Origin: Streptococcus thalassemiae
GTDB lineage: Bacteria; Bacillota; Bacilli; Lactobacillales; Streptococcaceae
DNA length: 40,000 bases
Direction: 5' to 3'
Assembly (NCBI RefSeq): GCF_903645285.1
Contig: NZ_CAHJXN010000001.1
Location: 1 to 40,000 of the forward strand
The position numbers were made by a program, and so were the translations under genes. Below are positions 34,021 to 40,000 of the stretch, one piece after another. Positions within the stretch are counted from its first letter, which is position 1. Each line of letters begins with the position of its first letter. The notes under the pieces are model-generated. The model was given only the letters and a program-made list of their open reading frames with translations, made no database searches and was not told the origin of the DNA.

Positions 34021-35291
34021 ACAGTCATACCTCCTGACTTGAATAATACTGTATAGCAGAAATAACGCAGGGCGTCCATTGCGTGGTCGAATTGCTTGAT
34101 AGGCTTGTCCTCGCCGTTTGCTGAAGCTTTCTCGTCCCAAACATAAGCATGGAACTCTTTCAGCGTATTCACACAACTCTCATGCACTGCTATTTTCTCT
34201 TGGCCCAGCATAGAACCAACAAAACGAATGCCTTCAAGGACATTATTTCTAGCTTTTTTGATTTTATATCCTCGCTTCTTCAATTCAGCAATGAATGAAG
34301 CAGCAGACGGGTCAATAATGATTCGTTCGATGTTCGTATCTCCTAGCCAAGCAGTTAGATCATCAGCATACTCAGCATTGGTTTTCTGCACGTTCTCGTC
34401 ACGACCTGAATAGTAGTATTCCCTTGTTAAGTAATACTTGCCATTGATATCTTTTTCCCACAAAAGAAAAACGGTCGCATTCTGCGTACCGTAGTCGACC
34501 GAGACATATTTGCCCAGTTTGCTCATTTCTGGCAAGGTTGATACAACATGCTTATCTTTACTGAACATATCGTAGACAATACCTTCTGCAACCGTCCAAA
34601 GACCTTGAATATATCGCTGATAGAAAACACCTTGATATTGACTTCTGTAACGCTTCTTGATGTTCTCTGAAAGAGAAAGGTTGTCGTCCATATCAAAATG
34701 CAGATAAAGCATATTCTTTGTTTCTGCTTTGTCTATCCAGTTAACTTTAAACCAATGATAAGGCCCGTCTGGGTTGCAGTTAAACCACCACTTGGAACCT
34801 GCCACAGAGCACCGCCCTGTGCCCTGGTTAACAAAGGACTCAGGCATAAGCGCTACTTCATCGAAAAAGATACCTGCCAGCGTTAAACCTTGAATAAGAT
34901 CCTGTGAGCTCTCGTCCTTACCACCAAAGATATAAAAATCATTCGACACGTCGCCTTTTGTGATTTCTATCAAGTTATCCGTCCGATGATAGACATAGCT
35001 AAAACCTCTTGACTGTATCATAACCAACAACAGTTTCAAAACGTTACGATTAAAAGAGCCAATTGTCTTACCACACATCGCAAAGTTCTGATGGTTGAAT
35101 GATGTCATCGCCCAGATGACAAACGCTAGACTCATAGAGACAGTCTTACCCGAACGGATAGCACCATCAGCAATAACACCTTCCGATTCATGGACCGGAG
35201 AGTTCCAAAGCCACCAAGTTAACACTTTCTTCTGCTTTTTGCTAAAAGGTTGAAATTTGAATGTATTGGTTTGCATTCTTAATCTAGCCAA
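34011..35291 (-). CDS. terL: Terminase large subunit (PBSX-type)
   Basis: N-terminal FQPFSKKQKKVLTWW and Walker A GAIRSGKT. C-terminal nuclease region with DHAMDALRY. Confidence 0.9.
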   Translation of the reverse strand: MARLRMQTNTFKFQPFSKKQKKVLTWWLWNSPVHESEGVIADGAIRSGKTVSMSLAFVIWAMTSFNHQNFAMCGKTIGSFNRNVLKLLLVMIQSRGFSYVYHRTDNLIEITKGDVSNDFYIFGGKDESSQDLIQGLTLAGIFFDEVALMPESFVNQGTGRCSVAGSKWWFNCNPDGPYHWFKVNWIDKAETKNMLYLHFDMDDNLSLSENIKKRYRSQYQGVFYQRYIQGLWTVAEGIVYDMFSKDKHVVSTLPEMSKLGKYVSVDYGTQNATVFLLWEKDINGKYYLTREYYYSGRDENVQKTNAEYADDLTAWLGDTNIERIIIDPSAASFIAELKKRGYKIKKARNNVLEGIRFVGSMLGQEKIAVHESCVNTLKEFHAYVWDEKASANGEDKPIKQFDHAMDALRYFCYTVLFKSGGMTVWK

Positions 35292-35989
35292 GTTTCTTCA
35301 ACCACCCCTTCTAGAGATTTAATAAAACCATCATCATGTATGTTTTCAGGTTCATTGTCAGGCAGTTTAGATTTCAGAATCTCAATTCTCAATCTCTGCT
35401 CCTCTGTAGCAAGGCTTGAGCGAGTCAATTCATCATATGTTTTAATCATATTTCTAAGTTCTGACTGTATTCTTGCAATTGCAGCTAAGGCCTTACCCTG
35501 CTTATCCCAAGCAGTGTGAACTTCATAGCTTTCTCCGCCTTTTGCTGTGCTTGCAACAAGCATAGTGGTTGTATCATCAACGTCCTGAACATACAGAATG
35601 CGCTGGGCATGTAAAAGATTAGCATAGGTTAGCTGAATGTTCTCCCAAAGAATATCAATTGGTTGCTTATCTGCCAGTTGCTCGTATATCTCATGCACTC
35701 CTTGCGGTAGATACTTAGCGAACAGACCATGTTTAAGGGCGTTTTGATTACCTATACTTCCGCCTTTGCTGTTCTTATTGCCTTTCGGCGCTCCCCGTTT
35801 CCTTTTTGTAGTACTACATTCATCTTTTGAAGTACTACAATCACTCCATTTATCTCTTAACTTCCAAACTGAGATAGTTTTTTCAGGCACACCCAACATG
35901 TCACCAATCTTGCGGTTAGTGATGTTTCCGTTATTCTGCTTATAAATTTCAAAAGCTTTATCTCGGTTTGGGTCTCGTGCTCTGCCCAA
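35279..35989 (-). CDS. terS: Terminase small subunit (HTH-containing)
   Basis: Start proposed at TTG 35989 (GGAGG 7 nt upstream), giving MGRARDPNRDKAFEIYKQNNGNITNRKIGDMLGVPEKTISVWK and GAPKGNKNSKGG...NALKHG. The track GTG at 36034 lies inside the terminator hairpin. Confidence 0.8.
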   Translation of the reverse strand: MGRARDPNRDKAFEIYKQNNGNITNRKIGDMLGVPEKTISVWKLRDKWSDCSTSKDECSTTKRKRGAPKGNKNSKGGSIGNQNALKHGLFAKYLPQGVHEIYEQLADKQPIDILWENIQLTYANLLHAQRILYVQDVDDTTTMLVASTAKGGESYEVHTAWDKQGKALAAIARIQSELRNMIKTYDELTRSSLATEEQRLRIEILKSKLPDNEPENIHDDGFIKSLEGVVEETWLD

Positions 35990-36022
35990 CCTATTACCTC
36001 CTATTTGTCCGTTTTGTAAATC

Positions 36023-36046
36023 AAAAAAAGCCACACGATGTGTGAC
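36023..36046 (-). terminator. Strong intrinsic terminator 34 nt upstream of the terS start
   Basis: Minus strand reads GTCACAC atc GTGTGGC followed by TTTTTTT. Confidence 0.7.
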
Positions 36047-36122
36047 CTTCTTGCAAGGCGACTACTACCTTGCGTGTTAATTAGAAATAAATTTTCTGAT
36101 TTATTTTTTTGTAGTCATTTAA

Positions 36123-36196
36123 AACCTCTGAGGGAATCAAACCCTCTAGCTTATAACTTATCCGGAATATAATTAGCTACGCAACCATGCAAGGTT
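36123..36196 (-). ncRNA. tRNA-like element C (non-canonical 12-nt anticodon loop)
   Basis: T-arm GAGGG-TTTGATT-CCCTC. Acceptor AACCTTG/AGAGGTT (6 of 7 bp). 3-bp D stem. Anticodon stem TTATA/TATAA enclosing TTCCGGATAAGT. 4-nt variable loop. Confidence 0.4.
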
Positions 36197-36287
36197 CGGT
36201 CGCTACTGCAACTATTTTTAAGTTAATGAGTGATATATGAATGCTAAGCCTACTGCCTACCCCATTTTTGGGACACAAACACTCAAA

Positions 36288-36387
36288 TGACAGCAGCTGG
36301 AATCGAACCAACTGGTCTAGCAGTAAAACGCACGTTTGGTAAAAAATTAAGGAGACCCAAACAACCTGCTAACCTGTCCTTACTGTC
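36288..36387 (-). ncRNA. tRNA-like element B (100 nt, 17-nt loop on the anticodon stem)
   Basis: T-arm GTTGG-TTCGATT-CCAGC. 7-bp acceptor GACAGTA/TGCTGTC. Stem GTTTGG/CCAAAC with loop GTCTCCTTAATTTTTTA. 21-nt variable region. Confidence 0.4.
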
Positions 36388-36445
36388 TAAGAGACCGAAG
36401 TCTCGGAAATAAAATGAAAAATATAAAGGAGACGTCAATGAACGA

Positions 36446-36528
36446 AATAGAGGGAGGGGCTCGAACCCTCAATGTCTTTACGACACCCTGATTTCAGGTA
36501 ACCATCTACCAAATTCTGAGACCTCTCT
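36446..36528 (-). ncRNA. tRNA-like element A (class II-like, aberrant anticodon loop)
   Basis: T-arm GAGGG-TTCGAGC-CCCTC. Acceptor AGAGAGG/CCTCTAT (6 of 7 bp). U8. Leu-like D loop GAATTTGGTAGA. Variable-arm hairpin TGTC-GTAAA-GACA. The anticodon loop GAAATCA lacks U33 and can close as CCTG-AAAT-CAGG. Confidence 0.45.
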
Positions 36529-36548
36529 TTTCAATTCTTGACACTACC

Positions 36549-36557
36549 ATTCTAACA
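36549..36557 (-). promoter_or_regulatory. Candidate late promoter with an extended -10 (TGtTAGAAT)
   Basis: Lies about 27 nt downstream of the late-activator stop. The -35 is poor, as expected for an activator-dependent promoter. Confidence 0.35.
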
Positions 36558-36583
36558 GATTTTAGACTTCATGCGCACTCACT

Positions 36584-37003
36584 TTAGCTCACTTTGTCTA
36601 TGATAGTCTCCTCTAATTCAGACTCAGCCTGTTTGCGTAATCTGTAATAAGTTGCCTTACTAATTCTCAAATTGTCGCAAATATCCTCAATGTAAGTCTT
36701 AGTAATGTAAGTCATTCTAAGGACGGACCTACTTTTTGGATTTTTAAGCCTGTTGATCATTCTACCTAATTCAAGTTTTCTGTTAATAACCTCTTTAGTA
36801 TCCTGCTCTATAGCCTCTTTCATCACTACCAACTGAGTATAGACATCATCAACTTTTCTAGTCTGTCCACCTTTGACTTTGACACCTGACCACTTAGGAC
36901 TTGAGAGCAAACCTGCCTCAAGCTCATTGATTTCATCTATACGGCTTTGGATGTCCATGTCCAGATCCTGCAACTCTTTCAAGAGTTCTTTAGCCTTGTT
37001 CAC
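36584..37003 (-). CDS. RinA/ArpU-like late transcriptional activator
   Basis: The C-terminal ...KSRSVLRMTYITKTYIEDICDNLRISKATYYRLRKQAESEL parallels the sigma-r4-like HTH of staphylococcal RinA as I recall it. It is the last gene before the packaging module. GTG start with a GGAG RBS. Confidence 0.65.
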   Translation of the reverse strand: MNKAKELLKELQDLDMDIQSRIDEINELEAGLLSSPKWSGVKVKGGQTRKVDDVYTQLVVMKEAIEQDTKEVINRKLELGRMINRLKNPKSRSVLRMTYITKTYIEDICDNLRISKATYYRLRKQAESELEETIIDKVS

Positions 37004-37080
37004 TCTCTATCTCCTTTGTGATATAATAGTCTTTGCGAGAACTATTAGCTGAGACAGAGGGTGTCTTGGCTTTTTTTATT

Positions 37081-37944
37081 CTATTCTTTATTCGTAATCA
37101 CACTACCTGCACCGTTAACAGTGACCCAGCCATGCTTCTCTCTGGCTTCTGCTTCTTTCATCCGGATAAGATTATCTGTGATTGAGTCTGACTTAGCTTT
37201 ATTGGCTTTGGCTTCACCTTCTGCTTTGATGATACCTGCATCTGCTTCTGCTTGAGCTTGAACTTTCTTGGTATCGGCTTCAACCTTAGCTTTTTCCTGT
37301 TCCTGTTTAGCTGTATCTATTTCCTTTTGTTTTACAGATTCATTTTTGATTGCTGCTTCAATTTCATCACCTGCGTCTTGGTCTGTGATGGTAAAGGATA
37401 CAAACTCCAAATCGTAAGACTCAAATTTTTCTTTAAGAGCCTTATCAATTGCCTCATAGACCTCAGTACGCTTGTCACCCAGTACATCATAAATATCATA
37501 ATTACCTGTTACCGATTCTATAGCACGTTGAACTGCTGGAGATACTACACTATCATTTACATTTTCTAACGTTGTGTAGTTAGAAAAAACAGTCATAGCC
37601 TTTTCTTTATTAACACGATATTTCACATCGATATTAGTATTCAACCATTGACCGTCTTTTGTCTGAGTCGTGATTTTCTCCATTGTTTTTGTTTGAACAG
37701 ACGTAGATAAGGTGTAGACTTTGTCAATAAATGGCATGTTTAGATGATATCCTGTTTGCAGGGTGTTTTCTTGAACACCTCCAATTGCGCTAACCTTAAC
37801 TCCAACTGTATTAGCTGGGATACGTTTCACAGCCGTAAGACGAAAAATTCCAAGTGAAGCAACAGCTGCAACTGTAATGATACCGCCCTTAGCAAGTTTT
37901 GTAAGTGTCGTTTTTCCTGTTTCATGATTGTATTGTGTAAACAT
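37081..37944 (-). CDS. SPFH/Band-7 (prohibitin/HflK-like) membrane protein
   Basis: N-terminal TM helix (GGIITVAAVASLGIF). SPFH core IPANTVGVKVSAIGGVQENTLQTGYHLNMPFIDKV...TKDGQWLNTNIDVKYRV. C-terminal Ala/Glu/Lys coiled coil. Confidence 0.8.
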   Translation of the reverse strand: MFTQYNHETGKTTLTKLAKGGIITVAAVASLGIFRLTAVKRIPANTVGVKVSAIGGVQENTLQTGYHLNMPFIDKVYTLSTSVQTKTMEKITTQTKDGQWLNTNIDVKYRVNKEKAMTVFSNYTTLENVNDSVVSPAVQRAIESVTGNYDIYDVLGDKRTEVYEAIDKALKEKFESYDLEFVSFTITDQDAGDEIEAAIKNESVKQKEIDTAKQEQEKAKVEADTKKVQAQAEADAGIIKAEGEAKANKAKSDSITDNLIRMKEAEAREKHGWVTVNGAGSVITNKE

Positions 37945-37960
37945 TATTTTTACTCCTTTT

Positions 37961-38125
37961 TTAAATTATTTTCCCATCGAAAACTAGTGTTATTGTACCT
38001 GTACCATCTTTGTGTTTAGATACTAAAGCACGACAATCTGAGCCCAATTCAATACCCTCAACTGTGATACTGCGCTTTATCCTGTCAACATTGATGATTG
38101 TTCCCATTGATGTTTTAATTCTCAT
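37961..38125 (-). CDS. Hypothetical small beta-rich protein (54 aa)
   Basis: My own translation. ATG 38125 with a GAGGAG RBS. Overlaps the DUF3310 stop and ends 17 nt before the SPFH start. Confidence 0.45.
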   Translation of the reverse strand: MRIKTSMGTIINVDRIKRSITVEGIELGSDCRALVSKHKDGTGTITLVFDGKII

Positions 38126-38339
38126 GCTCCATCTCCTCAATCAACCAATCAAGGTTCTTACGTGCTTTCTTCAGGTCTTCCAGACCGTTTTTCTTTTGGA
38201 ATCGCAGTTGATACTTCAAGGCATTTCCAAGATAAAAGCCTTTCAGCTGTTCTGGTGTCATGAAATTTCTTAGAGCATCGATAGATTCCATGCCAAATCT
38301 ACCTTGGTAGTGATTTGGTTTGTTTATGTTGTCTGTCAT
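38115..38339 (-). CDS. DUF3310-family phage protein
   Basis: NHYQGRFGMESIDALRNF...GFYLGNALKYQLRFQKKNGLEDLKKARKNLDWLIE matches the DUF3310 pattern. Confidence 0.8.
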   Translation of the reverse strand: MTDNINKPNHYQGRFGMESIDALRNFMTPEQLKGFYLGNALKYQLRFQKKNGLEDLKKARKNLDWLIEEMEHEN

Positions 38340-38340
38340 G

Positions 38341-38865
38341 TTAAGTCCTCCTCATAAAAATCATATCATTCAAATTCCTCCAAGCGAAATTGTTACTTTG
38401 ATTTCTAAACTCTCGCTTTTTGTAAGGAATATGATGTTTATTCAAGTAGTAATATACCTGATTGTAATGTAGTCCTAATTTTTGTGCGATATCTTTTACA
38501 GCTATACCTTGATTGGCTAGCGAAACTACATCTTTGTGAAATATAGTCAAGTCTAAAATTTTTCGTTTCCCTAATTTTCGGATACGGTCTCGAATGGCTT
38601 TCTCACTACGTCCTAAGATACGAGCCAAGGTCTTGTACGAAAAGCGTTGGTAGTATTTCAGGATATAGCTATCATCTGCGTCTGACCATTTGGGCTGAAA
38701 TTGCAAGTTAGGATTGTATTTCTGGAGTTTGGCTAATTTTGACCGAACTGCTTGGTAACTTCTATCCAAAAACTTGCAAGCCTGTGTTAAATCATGCTCT
38801 TCTCTGGACAAGACGTACCACTCCAGATAATCAACCTCGTCTTCCGTCCATCTACGTCCTGCCAT
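38341..38865 (-). CDS. DNA-binding protein with repeated Myb/SANT-like and HTH motifs
   Basis: Start at ATG 38865. RRWTEDEVDYLEWY and KWSDADDSYILKYY repeats, plus the C-terminal HTH VKDIAQKLGLHYNQVYYYL. Confidence 0.55.
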   Translation of the reverse strand: MAGRRWTEDEVDYLEWYVLSREEHDLTQACKFLDRSYQAVRSKLAKLQKYNPNLQFQPKWSDADDSYILKYYQRFSYKTLARILGRSEKAIRDRIRKLGKRKILDLTIFHKDVVSLANQGIAVKDIAQKLGLHYNQVYYYLNKHHIPYKKREFRNQSNNFAWRNLNDMIFMRRT

Positions 38866-39031
38866 AATGTTTATACGCTCCATGTAAATAATAAGTGCCA
38901 TCTTTACGCTTGTTTACGTAATACGTATATTGCCCATCTGGACTAGCGTAGGAAATCTGCTTCTCTCCTGCCCAGATACCATTGTCACGCATCATATGGC
39001 AACTCTCCATAATCCATTCTACGTCAGGCAT
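38852..39031 (-). CDS. Hypothetical small protein (59 aa)
   Basis: My own translation. The ATG at 39031 overlaps the YopX stop. The 3' end overlaps the next gene's start. Confidence 0.4.
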   Translation of the reverse strand: MPDVEWIMESCHMMRDNGIWAGEKQISYASPDGQYTYYVNKRKDGTYYLHGAYKHYGRT

Positions 39032-39401
39032 CTAGTAACTCCTTGTTTTCGTAGATGTTGCCTACAACCTCACAATCAGTATGGCGTAACCACAATTCAC
39101 ATCCGTGTTGTTTTGATTCAAGACGATAGGCTCCGCCATAATGCCTTGCAACTTCGTAATAAGTTAGCTCAGAATAGACATCCTTAGACATTTTGACTAC
39201 ATCCCCCTCAAAAATCTCTTTTCCGTTCTTATCTTTGAGTCCTGTTGATTGCATGAGGTGAATATCATTATTCACAATCCATTCACCAGCAGCAGAATCC
39301 TCATCAATAATCCAGATATCACCATTTCCAGCCATCACTTCGTCTGGTTGATACATGCGACTTAATGAGCCACTATCATACGCTCTAAATTTTGGTATCA
39401 T
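39024..39401 (-). CDS. YopX-family protein
   Basis: MIPKFRAYD...GLKDKNGKEIFEGDVV...CEVVGNIYENKELL is the YopX signature. Confidence 0.85.
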   Translation of the reverse strand: MIPKFRAYDSGSLSRMYQPDEVMAGNGDIWIIDEDSAAGEWIVNNDIHLMQSTGLKDKNGKEIFEGDVVKMSKDVYSELTYYEVARHYGGAYRLESKQHGCELWLRHTDCEVVGNIYENKELLDA

Positions 39402-39658
39402 AACATCACCCCATCCCCTACTTTCACTTTATCGTACACGTCCTTCGTAACAACGAACACACCGTAATCACGAATAGTCACTATATATAGCTTCCCATGC
39501 CGTCCTTTCTCGACGACTTTACCAAATATCTCAGCGCCTTGATTATCCGCTTTATAGATAACCATCGGCTTCTTCTCTTCCAAATCTCGAATCCTGTCCA
39601 TCTGCCAGAGGTTCAATCCAGCAGACAATAAAATCCAGATAGCTATGAATCGTTTCAA
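39398..39658 (-). CDS. Hypothetical protein with an N-terminal TM or signal helix (86 aa, TTG start)
   Basis: AGGAGG 7 nt upstream of the TTG. FIAIWILLSAGLNLW. Confidence 0.5.
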   Translation of the reverse strand: MKRFIAIWILLSAGLNLWQMDRIRDLEEKKPMVIYKADNQGAEIFGKVVEKGRHGKLYIVTIRDYGVFVVTKDVYDKVKVGDGVML

Positions 39659-39670
39659 TCTGTTACCTCC

Positions 39671-39811
39671 TTACTCTTCTTCATCCATAATTTCATTAAA
39701 CTGCTCTTCGTCAATAAGTCCACGGTCAATCATTGTTTGGAGCGTCAATTCAATTTTTATCAATCTGTTCAATTCTTTGTTAGGCAACGTAGCCATAATA
39801 ACTTCTTCCAT
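39671..39811 (-). CDS. Hypothetical small acidic protein (46 aa)
   Basis: My own translation. The ATG at 39811 overlaps the rusA stop (TGATG). AAGGAGG RBS. Confidence 0.4.
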   Translation of the reverse strand: MEEVIMATLPNKELNRLIKIELTLQTMIDRGLIDEEQFNEIMDEEE

Positions 39812-40000
39812 CACTCCACCTCCTTTATTTCCTCAATTTCTACTTCAATCCTCGGATTCAGGCTGTAAAACTTGCCTACATCGTGCATAGCTATCTGCCC
39901 ATCATCCTTAAACACTATCCCTGACATGCTGTCATATAGCGCTTTTTCATAATTATCAATATCAGGCTTCTTGTCTACTGGAATAACTTCATCCAGTAGC
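39811..40000 (-). CDS. rusA: RusA-family Holliday junction resolvase, C-terminal fragment entering from the right edge
   Basis: ...KPDIDNYEKALYDSMSGIVFKDDGQIAMHDVGKFYSLNPRIEVEIEEI matches the RusA catalytic Asp region. Confidence 0.75.
   Translation of the reverse strand, partial: LLDEVIPVDKKPDIDNYEKALYDSMSGIVFKDDGQIAMHDVGKFYSLNPRIEVEIEEIKEVE

Larger units (their letters stand above)
1..40000. mobile_element. Near-complete, circularly permuted genome of a temperate contractile-tailed Streptococcus phage (PBSX/EJ-1-like myovirus architecture)
   Basis: Uninterrupted phage modules across the window. Integrase lies next to an attP-like gap, then the lysis cassette. The early operon exits the left edge and re-enters at the right edge. 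No host housekeeping genes. Confidence 0.85.

Noticed and set aside
34021-34176. Upstream 52-codon extension of the portal ORF
   Set aside because: It lies entirely within the terL coding region in another frame and has no RBS. The TTG at 34020, with AGGAGG 9 nt upstream, or the ATG at 33981, is more plausible.
35990-36034. GTG start at 36034 for the small terminase ORF
   Set aside because: The GTG lies inside the terminator hairpin, so the extra codons would be translated from the stem and T-run. The TTG at 35989 has GGAGG at 7 nt and gives the typical MGRARDP... terS N-terminus.
36438-36491. Plus-strand 17-codon ORF with a good SD (AAGGAGacgtcaATG) antisense to tRNA-like element A
   Set aside because: It is too short, no promoter was found, and the SD-like AAGGAG is simply the complement of a CUCCUU segment on the transcribed strand.
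36123-36528. Calling the three cloverleaf-like modules bona fide tRNA genes with isotypes
   Set aside because: None has a canonical 7-nt anticodon loop with U33. The loops are GAAAUCA (A), 17 nt (B) and 12 nt (C). B also has a poorly structured 21-nt variable region. I therefore report them as tRNA-like ncRNA candidates only.
1-40000. Search for CRISPR arrays, IS elements or transposases, rRNA genes, and host flanking genes
   Set aside because: No regularly spaced repeat-spacer arrays, no transposase-like ORFs and no rRNA-like sequence were seen. Every sizeable ORF fits a phage module.

Overview
The window is essentially one near-complete, circularly permuted genome of a temperate, contractile-tailed Streptococcus phage. 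The morphogenesis module has PBSX/EJ-1-like myovirus architecture, and the endolysin is a close LytA-type choline-binding amidase, which points to a mitis-group or pneumococcal host. No host genes are visible. The integrase (9150-10295, +) abuts an ORF-free attP-like gap and then the lysis cassette on the other strand. The early operon leaving the left edge (ssb ...) continues the one entering from the right edge (rusA, yopX ...).

Layout:
- 1-6476 (-): early recombination and replication genes (SSB, ERF, DnaC-like loader, DnaD-domain initiator with internal iterons, XRE HTH).
- 6477-6651: divergent genetic switch with a consensus promoter and TACGAA-type operators.
- 6652-10295 (+): lysogeny module (cI/S24 repressor, three accessory genes co-oriented with cI, a structured int leader, tyrosine integrase).
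- 10296-10990: attP-like, repeat-rich, ORF-free DNA.
- 10992-35989 (-): late genes. Reading right to left: terS, terL, portal, gp7-like head protein, an inserted immI-like island, scaffold, capsid, connectors, sheath, tube, chaperone with a -1 frameshift, tape measure, baseplate, fibres, holin, lysin, and a terminal moron.
- 35990-36583: an unusual 0.6-kb ORF-free structured region.
- 36584-40000 (-): RinA/ArpU-like late activator, SPFH protein, DUF3310, YopX, RusA.

Most interesting observations:
1. The 0.6-kb leader between the late activator and terS carries three tRNA-like cloverleaf modules with textbook T-arms but aberrant anticodon arms. It ends in a strong intrinsic terminator just before terS.
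2. Further intrinsic terminators lie inside the late operon, which implies antitermination.
3. A P22 immI-like island (RHH repressor, operator, unknown ORF, BRO/KilAC antirepressor) is inserted in the head module.
4. Two putative BECR-fold RNase-like domains are present. One is fused to the gp7 head protein and followed by a CPCC Cys-rich ORF. The other is a stand-alone moron with its own promoter.
5. A three-gene cassette downstream of cI is a candidate exclusion or abortive-infection system.

All family assignments come from reading motifs by eye; no searches were run.
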